NCBI RefSeq assembly: GCF_001194135.2
Contig: NC_068984.1
Coordinates: forward strand, 30,712,409 to 30,776,408
Source: Octopus bimaculoides
Lineage: Eukaryota
Length of the DNA: 64,000 bases
Direction of reading: 5' to 3'
Part shown: piece by piece, positions 12,593 through 23,030 of the stretch
Numbering within the stretch: position 1 is the stretch's first letter
Layout: every line of letters begins with the position of its first letter
Translations under genes and position numbers: made by a program
The notes under the pieces: generated by a model
The model's input: the letters and a program-made list of their open reading frames with translations, nothing else
What the model was told of the DNA's origin: nothing
Databases searched by the model: none

Positions 12593-14429
12593 CAGATGTT
12601 CAATAATGTCAAGTTCTCTTTTAAAAATATTATCCACAGATAATTTTGATAAATGGTTGAACTATAGTTTAATAACAGCATGCATAAGAGTGCTTTTTTT
12701 TTTAAACATGGAACAGTGTATTGTTTTATGTTGAACAATTCTTCACAAAATATCATACAGAAACTCTATAGTATCATACAAGAACTGTGTTTTATTGAAT
12801 GCCTGTAATGTTTCAGCTACTTTGACAGAACTATTCATCATGCGACAAGGACAATATTAGTGGCCATTTAATCTTCATGTAATTTTTATTCATCCTCGTC
12901 ACATATCAACGAGTGCTTACTTCCAAAAGTATCAGTTCATTGCTATTGTATGAATAATATTTTTCTGTCTGATCTCATTCAATCCAGTTACACAAGTAAT
13001 TTTAAACATATTTTCTCGTCTGTTTATTCAAGTATTAAGTAAATATTCTTTGTGACATATGTTCAAGTTAATTTTCATCACAAATTCTTATCTTGGTTTT
13101 ACTGAAAAAAAGAAGGGGGAACAAGTCACTTACTATAATGTGAATTCATTAAAATATGAATGGATTGACAACAGAACATAGTGGGTATATATTTTCTAAT
13201 CCTACAAAGTGAATGACAAAAGCCCAACTAGGTAAATTTTGTACTCGCAATTTAAAGGAGCAAAGTGGAATACTATGAAACAGTCAGTCAGTCAGTGCGA
13301 CCCGCTGCTACCTTACAACAACCAATACAATCGTTTTTCTGATACTTTTCATATGAAACAATATGAAGCAAGAACATTTGAACATTGAAAAGGATCTTAG
13401 TTTTAAAAAAAATACAATATTCACTTTCTTTAATCCCATCAACGAAGTTTTTCATTTTGTAAAACAGTGGAACACTGGGAAACCACTATGGTTTGCATCA
13501 ATAAATGAGAATGTAAAAAATTTCAAACCATGGGGTATATTTTGTTTTGAATAAGAAGTTTAGCATTTGTACATGTTTCTCATTAGTGTTCATAATGCTT
13601 GATAGTTAAAAATACTTATGTGGTGAGGAAATAGCATTAGCTGAATGCCTGACATTATTTCTTTTTAAATCACTATATATCATGTGACCAATTTGTCACA
13701 ATAACAATTGGATAACAATTCACCTGTGGTATTACCAATTTAAATGTTTACATCAGTTTCCCCAAGGAAAATTATCAAGTTACAAATTCTGCATTACTTT
13801 TACACAGACAATGTACTTGTCGTACTGAAGTTTACAGAAAGGCGAGAGACATTAATGAATTTATATATACCTTGGAGCTACTATGTACAAAATTACATAC
13901 TTTAATTAAATTTCTATTGTCCACTGTTGTCAATTATGAACAGTTTGTGAATAATGGTAAGTTGACAATGTGTGTAACCAAAACAGGTGTCTTTTACATT
14001 GGTTTTCTCCTTTAGACACCGATTCCAAGGAATGTATTTGGTTAAAAAAAAATTTTTTTTTGAAGATATTAATTTATATTGTGTTTTCTTTCCTGATTTT
14101 AATTTTTTGCTGTTTCTGTTATTAAAAAATTGTATATTAAAAAATAGCAATTTGTAAGCACTTTAAATATATGTGATGAGAAAATGGTTAAATGGAGATA
14201 TGAAAGAATGAGATATCTGCAAAAGAGACAAAGAGGAGTGAAGTACTTGCAATGAATGTTCTCTGAGATATAAAAACATTTTATTTGCAATTAAATTCTA
14301 TGAAATATATTTGAGACAAGAATGATTTGGAAGAGAATAAATAATACAGCACCGGCCAAGCGATTTCTTTACACTGAAATTTGGTATATTAGCAGAAACC
14401 CACTGCCAGATATTTTTCAATGCATACAC

Positions 14430-14470
14430 ATTTACATACATACATGCATGCATTCATGCACACACACGTG

Positions 14471-14535
<65 letters not shown>
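14430..14535. repeat. Compound (CATA)/(CA)n microsatellite
   Basis: Direct inspection; source of the HTHT ORFs. Confidence 0.95.
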
Positions 14536-14536
<1 letters not shown>

Positions 14537-14597
14537 AATGATCTCATCTTCTGTGTGTGTCAGACAGCAGTCTCTATTGTGTCTTTAAATGACTTAC

Positions 14598-14609
14598 CAA
14601 AGATTGACG
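14598..14609 (-). other. Candidate 12-nt micro-exon (CGTCAATCTTTG)
   Basis: Minus strand reads TTTCTGTTTTTTCTTTCTTATTTCATTATTTTATAAG|CGTCAATCTTTG|GTAAGT: long pyrimidine tract, consensus donor, frame-preserving length. Confidence 0.3.
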
Positions 14610-15089
14610 CTTATAAAATAATGAAATAAGAAAGAAAAAACAGAAATAATTAAAAAGTTTTCAACATTTAACAAACTTGAAACAAATAAAGAAATAACTT
14701 TAAAATTTTTAATAAATGGTAAAGATTTATTAAAACAAATCTCATATTATGAAATTGAAATTGAAATGTAAAATAGCATTGGCTGAAGTGAAAAATTTTA
14801 GTGGTCGATACAATTGCTCTTCTGACACAAACAATGGTTGTAGTTAAACACCTGTGTCTTACAACCATGGCTTAGGTGCTTAACTAAGCTGTGGACATAA
14901 TGACACAGGACAGTAGTTCTAATAGCAAAACTCAGCTCAGCTCAGTTCAGCTCATCTCACCTCAGTTCAAAGTTAGTTATATTGAAATAATTAAGATATA
15001 AGAGTGATGACACAAACTATTGGTTGTAATGAACACCACATCAATGTTTTAATGATAAAGATGACAATTGACTGTAATGAGACAGAACA

Positions 15090-15340
15090 TCATCATCATC
15101 AGTGTCATAATAATAGGTAATGAAATTATGGTATATAGTGTTCAGGTGCACTACAACTCATCAAAGGTGCATGTACAGTACATAGAATTATGTACAAAAG
15201 TCAGGAAAGTGAACAGTGTGAGAGTCATGATATACATGCGTCCATGCATATGGAGGTGGGGATATCAGGTGTAGTGTTGGTAAATTTCAGGAAACATGGA
15301 GATTTTAAAGGATGCAATGTCTCGGCAACTCATCAAATAA
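15090..15340 (-). mobile_element. 3' end of a CR1/L2-type LINE
   Basis: Minus strand ATTTGATGAGTTGCCGAGACATTGCATCC...ACACCTGATATCCCCACC resembles the C-terminal WNxLP..FK..LD..PD.P region, followed by a 3' UTR and an ATT/GAT tail. Confidence 0.5.
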
Positions 15341-15770
15341 TCATCATCATCATTTAATGTCCACTCTCCATGCTGGTATGGGTTAGACAGTTTGACTGTG
15401 GCTGATGACTCAGAGAGCTGCACCAGGTTTCAGTCCGATTTGGCATGGTTTCTACAACTGGAAACCCTTCCAAGCACCAACCACTTCAGAAGTGTAACGA
15501 GTGCTTTTACATGTCACCAACAGGGGTGGAATTTGCATGACACCTACAATGACCATGACTGATTCACAGGTACCATTTACATGGCACCAGCAACAACGCT
15601 GACTCATGGGTGCCATTTACATGGCACCACCAACGACCATGATTCCTGGGTGCCCCTTAAATGGCTCCCGAGAATCATGGTGCCACAACTATAATGTATG
15701 GGTGCCGTTTATATGGCATCAGTGGTGACCACAGCTATGATTCACAGGAGCCATTTATACGGCTGTGAAC
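15341..15770 (-). mobile_element. SINE family A with an array of palindromic ~40-bp internal units
   Basis: (CAT)n plus TTTAATGTCCACTCTCCATGCTGGTATGGG tail, and five GGTGCCAT-TTAC-ATGGCACC-like units at 15569, 15609, 15649, 15701 and 15747. Confidence 0.85.
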
Positions 15771-15779
15771 AGGAACCGT

Positions 15780-16555
15780 GATATGACTAGTTATGTTCAA
15801 CAATGCCGTCACCTCCTAACAGTCAAGGCCAAAGCAATCAGAGCTGAGAGATTCCCAAAACTTCTGTCATTCATCAAACATCAAGGTGCAGGAAAAACTC
15901 TCATGTTTGTCGATGAAGTTCACTGTGGACGCTGATACGAATCGCAGAAATTCTTGGGTGATTGCCTACAACTCTTCTGACGTCACCCTCCCCCGTATGT
16001 TTTTGAAACTAAGGATCTTGCTTCTGTGATGGTATTTGGAGGCATGAAAAGTGATAGAAGTGTCATGGATCCATACTTCCATACTTCATTAAGTATAGCT
16101 TGAAGATCAGCACAAAGGAGTATCTGGACATCCGGAAGGGCTCTGTTAACTTGGATGGAGCAGAGGTCTGGGTTTGACAATTTGGTGCTTATCCAGGATT
16201 CTGCACTATGTCATAGGTGAAAAGCAACACAGGCCTTCCTTGGTGAGAAGGTGTCATTTTTTGCAAGAATCAACATCTGGCCCAGTAATAGCCCAGATCT
16301 CAACCTTCTCGATTACTTTTTATGGGCATACTTCAAGCAAGGACCAATTCTTCATTACACTCAAGTGTCAACACTTTGAAGACCTGCTTCGTGCATGTGA
16401 CAAGCAAAGTCAAAAGGGCAGAGGTTGCGTCAGCTGTAAAAAAATTTCGTTCTCATGTGGAGGCAGTATTTGCCCAAAAGGGCGGCCATATTGGGTGATA
16501 AATGTTTTTGTTGTAATAAATGTTACATTGAAATTATATCAACCTCATCCCCACA
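15780..16555 (+). mobile_element. DD37D (maT-family) Tc1/mariner-superfamily transposase remnant
   Basis: FVDE (D 15912), IQDSA (D 16197) and WPSNSPDLNLLDY (D 16311), with exactly 37 codons between the second and third D. C-terminus AVKKFRSHVEAVFAQKGGHI. Stops and frameshifts are present. Confidence 0.85.
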
Positions 16556-16609
16556 TATATATATATATGTGTATACACGTATGTATGTATATATACATAC
16601 ATACATATA

Positions 16610-17452
16610 CGAGGGGTTAGCCAAAGGTAACCTGAAACATTTTCTGTGTGACAAGCTCATTGTAGTTCAGGCTTCCACCACTAGAAGCCACTTGATGCAA
16701 CCCTCAGACATCAGTCTACCAACTGGCGTCGTTGAATAAAGTAATGCTGCCACGTGGTGCTTCTTTGATTTGCAGTGCTCCTCCGCTGTTCGTCGACTTT
16801 TGCGATGGTTGAAAAGAAGGAACAGCGTACTTCCGTGAATTTCTGTTTTCTGCTGGGGAACACGGTGGCCAAAATAGCTGTCATGCTTCAAACAGCTTAC
16901 AAGGACACTGTGCCATGAGCAAAACACAAGTTTACGACTGGTTTTCATGCTTTAGGAATGATCACTTGTCACCTGAAAACCAATCCCGTTCAGGGCGACC
17001 GGCAATTTGCTGAATGAATGGAAACATCACGAAAATTCATGAACTGATCTTAGAGGACCGTCACTGAACAATTAACAAACTTATTGATATGACTGGTGTA
17101 CTCTGGAGCTGCTGCCAACGAATGTTGAGCGAGAAATTGCGAATGAAGAGTTGCAGCAAAATTTGAATGTAAGGCAGTTTTTGTCAAAAATAGCATGACC
17201 TTGTTTGCCCACCTTCCCTATTCGCCCAATCTTGCTCCATGCCACTTTTTCCTGATCCCGCGAATGAAAAAGTCCTTAAAGAAAAATGTTTTGCAGACGT
17301 GGAAGAACTGAAGTAAAAACAATGGTGACATTAAAAGGCATCATTTCACAAGGGTTCCAGGACTGTTTCGAACAGTAGAAAACGCATCTGGACCGATGCA
17401 TTGCTTCAAATGGAGAATATTTTGAAGGCGATGAAAGTGTAAACATGTAAAA
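16610..17452 (+). mobile_element. Mariner (DD34D-type) element, internally deleted, 3' TIR missing
   Basis: TA-CGAGGGGTTAGCCAAAGGTAACC 5' TIR. MVEKKEQRTSVNFCFLLG..WFSCFRN..RSGRP from 16805, then VAAKF joined to NVRQFL..HLPYSPNLAPCHFFL..RCIASNGEYFEG. Confidence 0.92.
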
Positions 17453-17760
17453 ACTTACTCATGATCGTTGTACAGCTTAATGACTTCAGATTAGATAAAC
17501 AGGGCATACTGCAATATGTTATCCGAAATTTTCTTGATCAGAAGTGTAGTGGAATAAAACTAAACTCAGGTATTTTTGCAATATTCATGAGAAAATTAAT
17601 GAATACTTAAAAGGGCATGGACTTCTTTCTATATGTGAACAGAACCTTTTTTTTTATCAACATTTTTGTAATGTACATCTTTGGAAACATATAACTACAT
17701 TTGTCAGAAAAAGCCATACATTAGCATGCATTTGAAATGAAAATAAAGTTTCAAGGTATA

Positions 17761-17848
17761 CATTGAAAAAATACCGAATACAGGAATGCATTGAAAAAAT
17801 ACCGAATACAGGAATACATTGAAAAAATACCGAATACAGGAATACATT
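17761..17848. repeat. 28-bp minisatellite, 3 copies
   Basis: CATTGAAAAAATACCGAATACAGGAAT(G/A) at 17761, 17789 and 17817. Confidence 0.95.
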
Positions 17849-18324
17849 TATCTCCAGTTCTCTACCCAACAAAAAATTCACTTATCAATACTATTCTGAC
17901 TGTCACCACTAAGTACATTTTCTTTTGGGAATAGCTTTCCATCGGTGTCCAGAAAGTAGTTTTACCTTCATTTATTTTTAGTTTCTTATGCTTCATACAA
18001 AGGAATCTACAATTCTGCAAAAGAAGTTTTTCCCAAAGTTTTTTTTTATATATATTTTTGATTCCCCACATCCGTACACTTTTCCATGAGAGGACGTCAG
18101 GGACAGCCTTCCAAAACTTCAGATACATAGATGCATTATAAGAAGGCATATTATTCAAAAACAATGTACCTGATGTACCTGAGGCTACGTTATGTAATAT
18201 GTCCTTTTTAAATAGATCATTGAGAGTGATTTGAGGGAGATTGTTAACTGATTACTATTTGTAGTAGAGCAAACAACTACCTAGTAGTTCTCACAACTGA
18301 TTTTGCCTTGTAGTTGTTGCTTAC

Positions 18325-18427
18325 TCCCAGTACAAACATGATGCATTAGATCAATGATCAAAAGTATTCCAGTTGTGTCAAGTTGTGTATCTTCAAATCC
18401 AGTACTAGGTGGGTTACTAGTCACAAA
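18325..18427 (-). CDS. Candidate internal coding exon of an unidentified gene (FVTSNPPSTGFEDTQLDTTGILLIIDLMHHVCTG)
   Basis: Branch-like AACTAAT, pyrimidine tract ATCTTACTCTTTCCAG| and donor GGA|GTAAGC. The exon is 103 nt and only one frame is open. No protein family recognised. Confidence 0.4.
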
Positions 18428-18452
18428 CTGGAAAGAGTAAGATATTAGTTTG

Positions 18453-18659
18453 TGTTTTATTTCTTTATTGCCCACAAGGGACTAAACATAGAGGGGACAA
18501 ACAAGGAAAGACAAAGGGATTAAGTCGATTACATCGACCCCAGTGTGTAACTGGTACTTAATTTATCGACCACGAAAGGATGAAAAGCAAAGTCAACCTC
18601 GGCGGAATTTGAACTCAGAACACAACAGCAGACGAAATACCGACAAGCATTTTGCCCCA
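18453..18659 (-). mobile_element. 5'-truncated SINE family B with perfect 17-bp TSD
   Basis: Family B core and B box (GAGTTCAAATTCC on minus). AGTAAGATATTAGTTTG lies at 18436-18452 and 18660-18676. Confidence 0.92.
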
Positions 18660-20109
18660 AGTAAGATATTAGTTTGCTTCTGTTAACAAAACATGCTATT
18701 AAGATATTATACTTGAGTTCAGGCCATTGTCTGAAAAGCAACAGGTTTGAGTTTAGAAACGTATTCCATCTGTATTCTCTGTCAACAGCAACACTGTCCA
18801 AAATAAAGTTCATGTAGAAACAGCATGTCAAGAGAATTGGTATATCCCTCAGGCAGGATTAGTATGGAAATTTAGCTTTAAAACTTGTGAAACATTAACA
18901 AACATATGTTTAATTTCATATGAAATCAGTAGACAAAATATTTTATATGTACCTCAGGTCACTTAGCTGTTACAAATAAGTATCAGTCTCAACATTTTTA
19001 CTCAAGCTGCTAAAAATAGCAATTACTTTACATTTTAAAATGATTGGTACATTGGGTAAAGTGATTCTAAATATACAATAAATAGATGGTCACAGCTGAA
19101 ATTTGATTCAACAGCTTGATATCTTTGTAGTTTCATCACTGAAGTATATCTACTTTGCCTTTGTAGCAGTTATTGGGCATGACTCCCTTCTTGATAATTT
19201 GAATATGCTTTTTTCTCCACTAATTTCCTTATGCATTTCTTGCCCATTCTCTCGGGAGTTATCCTGTTATAATAAATAGACATTTACTAGCATTTAATAG
19301 TTATGTAGGTGTTAAAAGATGATGTATTCTTCCCAGCTTTATAGAAAGAAAGGTATTTTTTGTTAAAATTTGTTAGTTAAATCAGTTTTTTTTTATACTA
19401 TCATCCTTTCAAAAAATGAAAACAAATATTTATTTATTGGATATTTATATTACTTTCACATCACTTTCACTTACTCATTTCATAGCACACAATATGTTTG
19501 CTTCGAGACAGTGGGAATTACAATTTTCAAAACTGAATTCCATGGAAAATTCTAGCAAACACAAGTGTTATACAGTCTATATTTATATCATACTCATCAA
19601 GAGCTGAGGGGATACTTTCAATTTACTTTAAGTTACTTCAGATATTTGCTAATGGTTTCACCTTGTTTTGATTTTATATATTCCTTCATTTCTTGCTTCA
19701 CATCCAGTTTTCCTTGTGTTAAGTTTATCAACTTACCTTTGCTTATTTGCTTTGGGGAATTAGGATTTACATTATGTCAGAAAAATATCAATATCAACCA
19801 AATATTTGTTATATTTGCACTTAAAAATCAATTAAAGAAATAGCAAACATCATTTGAATTTTTAAATAAAATCAAAATAAATCAAAATAATACATGAAAT
19901 GAAAATGGACTTTTGAAAAAATAACAAATTGTAAAGTATTGAAAAATTGTAAACAGAAAATAAGTGAAATCCTAAAGTTATAGGAAGACATTAAAGGGAT
20001 AATGACAACCTCAAAGTGAATAATTAGTGAGAAATATGTAATTGTTTGTATTTCCTTGCTGATCTTTGAATGCTAATACAAAATATAGATCATAACATTT
20101 GGTGTATAT

Positions 20110-20465
20110 TGAGTGTGCCCTAAATATGATGGAGTATAAGAGTGAAAGCTGACTGGTTGAGACAGAGTAATGAAAGGGTTTTATCGATTAGTAATATAAC
20201 TGTTGCTTGAAAAATATGGATAATTTACCTCTTAGTGCAGTAAAATATGGATGAGTTACAGAAAGCAATGTAGTTGGCATGAAATGATGTACATGTGAGG
20301 CAAGGGTGTGATGATCTCTTTGGTGTAAAACGTTAGTAAGCATTAATATTATGGAACAAATAAGAAAAAAAATGGGTGTACAATGAATCAGATGTAATGT
20401 GCAAGAGAGAAGGCCATGTTGGTATGAACAGGCAATGTGCATAGAGGATGATGGCTGCTTAAGGA
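20110..20465 (+). mobile_element. RTE LINE C-terminal fragment
   Basis: MEYKSES*LV (YGSE.W motif) and CNVQERRPCWYEQAMCIEDD (RLRWYGHVMR motif). Confidence 0.6.
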
Positions 20466-20467
20466 GT

Positions 20468-21530
20468 TGAAAGTTTTCTTGAAAACAGTCAATGTTAGAT
20501 ACAATGATAGATTGTATTTAGGTGTTTTCTTATCAGTTGGACGATGTTGGATATACATATGTTCAGCATTAGAGAAGTCATTTTTTAGGCCCACTTGCTC
20601 CTGTAGTTGGTTTCTGTTTAGAAACATAATTCTGATAAGCTGCTTGTACAGATTCTGACAATAAACTCTTCAAGTCCTGTGTATCTCCTTTCTTGTATAT
20701 TTTAATGCAATATTAGAATATTTTCTTTTTACCAACAAGTTTTCACTATAGTCTGGCATGCTCTCTGGTTACATCAGCTCTTTCATATCAATCTGCTTTG
20801 ACAGTTTCAGAGGCTGTTCCTCTTGTTATCTATTTTAGTGCATATTTCACTTCCCAGTTAGTGACTAAGGGTATATGTATGGATGGACAACCTTTTCTTG
20901 TTGCCTTTCTCTCTGATAATATAGATTTCCATAAAATTCTCCTACTTGGAATACTTTGCAGCTATCTTTATCAAACTTGCAAATAATTGTTTTCATCTAC
21001 TATCATTAAATTATTTTGTTTCCAATCTTTTCTATTATGTATATCATATATAATAGGCATCTTGCTATTTTCTTTCTTGCAGTTTTCACTTTTCAGCATA
21101 TTCTATGTCGCATATGTCAATACAGTCTTCTTTTGTCTGTTTATTTCCCTCAAAAAAGGGTTTTAGTGTGTTTGATTAACACAGATAAAAGTTCCCCTTA
21201 TTTTTTCCCATTTCACTATTTATCTTGCTCGTTTTTGATTGTCTTCTATACGATTGCTTTATCTGTTTAAGTCATCCATGTTGTCATTCTTATCTTGATG
21301 ACTCAGTAGCTCATTTTTCTTTCAGTTTCCATACATATGAGACAGAGTACCTACGTACTCTACATCACTGAATCCGTTCCTGTCCCTTCTATCATGCATT
21401 AGCTTCCCAATATCTTTAATAAAGTTGCATTCCTCTCAAATATATTCCATTACAGTCAAAAGGGATTTTTAGTTGAGTTACACGGAAACTTCAATAGTAT
21501 TTGTGCCACAAGAAAAGCATCCATAAAATT
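20468..21530 (-). mobile_element. RTE LINE fragment (end of endonuclease to start of RT)
   Basis: IYKKGDTQDL..QLQEQVGLKNDFSNAEHMY..KYNLSLYLTLTVFKKTFNSL matches the RTE EQAGFR..STxDH..EY..L.FVDFxKAFDS pattern (ORF 20388..20627). Confidence 0.8.
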
Positions 21531-21541
21531 GTTGATGTTAG

Positions 21542-21790
21542 TGTTGTGCAAGAATAGACTGGACCACTACATATAATTAGGTCTGAGTAAGTGAGGTAGT
21601 TCGTGTTAGTTCCACAGTTCGTGTGTTGATAGTTCAAAGGTGGAGTTTAAATTTTACAGTTTGAGTTAGCGTGTTCGCTTATTGGTTCTTAAAAGATTGT
21701 TGTTACGTTCCGTGTGGTTACTGCCGTTTGTTTCGATTATATTGTTATTACACTGTTGCAGTGTATTCGTTTATCCATAAGGATATAACA
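21542..21790 (+). mobile_element. 5' LTR of a Gypsy-type retrotransposon
   Basis: TGTTGT...ATAACA termini, immediately followed by a PBS. The left boundary is inferred. Confidence 0.65.
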
Positions 21791-21792
21791 TC

Positions 21793-21805
21793 TGGTGACG
21801 AGGAT
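21793..21805 (+). other. Primer-binding site TGGTGACGAGGAT
   Basis: One mismatch from TGGCGACGAGGAT, which is complementary to the 3' end of the eukaryotic tRNA-Ser(GCU) sequence as I recall it. It lies 2 nt after the LTR CA. Confidence 0.7.
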
Positions 21806-21845
21806 CGTTCGAAACTCAAATCGGTTATTTGACAATTTCTGCGTT

Positions 21846-22803
21846 ATGGAAAACCTATTAGCTGCAGTAGTACAGCTTTAAGAGAAGCAACAGGATCAAC
21901 TAGAGGAGTTGCAAAAACAAATACAACAACAACAATTAATACAACTACAATACAAAATGGTGTATTGCAACAATTTCACAGCGGACATCCAGGAATGGCA
22001 GCGATGAAGGCTCTCATGAGGAGTTATGTCTACTGGCCGTCTATGGAAAGATATTGAAAACTTGGTGAGAACGTGCTGAGGTTGCGCGCTCGCAGCCAAA
22101 GCCGCGCTGGTAAAATATCAATCGTGGCCAGAGATGGAGAACCCATGGTCTAGGTTACACACGGACTATGTCAGACCGGTAAACGGCGCTTAACACCTAA
22201 TCGTAGTAGATAATTGTACTAAGTGGCTGGAGGTTTGCAGGTGCTATAGATTAACCTCTAAGACAATTATAAAGTTCTTATACAAATTGTTTGCGTGATA
22301 CGGTGTTCCTCACACACTAGTTTCAAACAACGAAACGCAGGTCTCTGGGAATCGATTCAAGAACTTCTATAAAAGGCATGTGATAAAGCATATTTTCACT
22401 CCATCCTACCACCCAAGATCAAATGGGCAGATAGAAAGATTTGTGGACACCTTTAAGGGAGCGTTAAGAAAAGCGAGGAATCACTTAAGTAACAACGAAG
22501 CACTGACAAATTTCTTAAGAATATACAGAGTGACCCCCAATAATCCATTTCCAAATTCAGGGGAGTCTCCTTCAGAATTGATGTTCCCAAGAAGAATAAA
22601 ATCCATTTTTGACAAGCTATTACCAGAGAAAAAAAACGTAAAGGAAATACGAAAGAGCCAATGAAATACATTGAGATAGGTGATAAAGTGTCTTTCAAAA
22701 CCTATATAAACTGTAATGAAGGCTGGGAAGATGGCCTTGTTAGTAGAAAAATTGGAAATATGATGTGTCTAATCAGAGGGTCACACGGTGGACATAAGAG
22801 AGT
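21846..22803 (+). mobile_element. Gypsy (Mag-like) internal region: gag N-terminus fused to a disrupted integrase
   Basis: MENLLAAVVQL..QQDQLEELQKQIQQQQL is joined at ~21960 to VLQQFHSGHPGMAAMKALMRSYVYWP..C*GC (HHCC), then PWSRLHTDY, LIVVD..KWLEV and TPSYHPRSNGQIERFVDTFK (ORF 22380..22664). Confidence 0.92.
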
Positions 22804-22877
22804 CCCTTAGAACCAGTATGAGAAAAAGAAAGCAGATCGAACACCTTGAGATAATGCCCAAGCAAAAGAGCTACTAA

Positions 22878-22947
22878 TACACACACACAAGTATACATAC
22901 ATACATATATATATATGTATATCGATAGATAGATAGATAGAAAGATT

Positions 22948-23011
<64 letters not shown>

Positions 23012-23030
23012 TAGATAGATTGATAGATAT
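22878..23030. repeat. Compound (CA)/(TA)/(GATA)n/(GA)n microsatellite
   Basis: Direct inspection. Confidence 0.95.

Noticed and set aside
15569-15766. Palindromic repeats with spacers resembling a CRISPR array
   Set aside because: The context is eukaryotic, the spacers are similar to one another, the array lies inside a SINE and there are no cas genes.
17461-17610. Protein-like 49-aa plus frame (MIVVQLNDFRLDKQGILQYVIRNFLDQKCSG..)
   Set aside because: It is short, has weak acceptors, has no recognised homology and abuts a truncated mariner.
19738-19820. Minus-strand block with a good acceptor and a GTAAGT donor
   Set aside because: It is closed in all three frames with no supporting neighbours.
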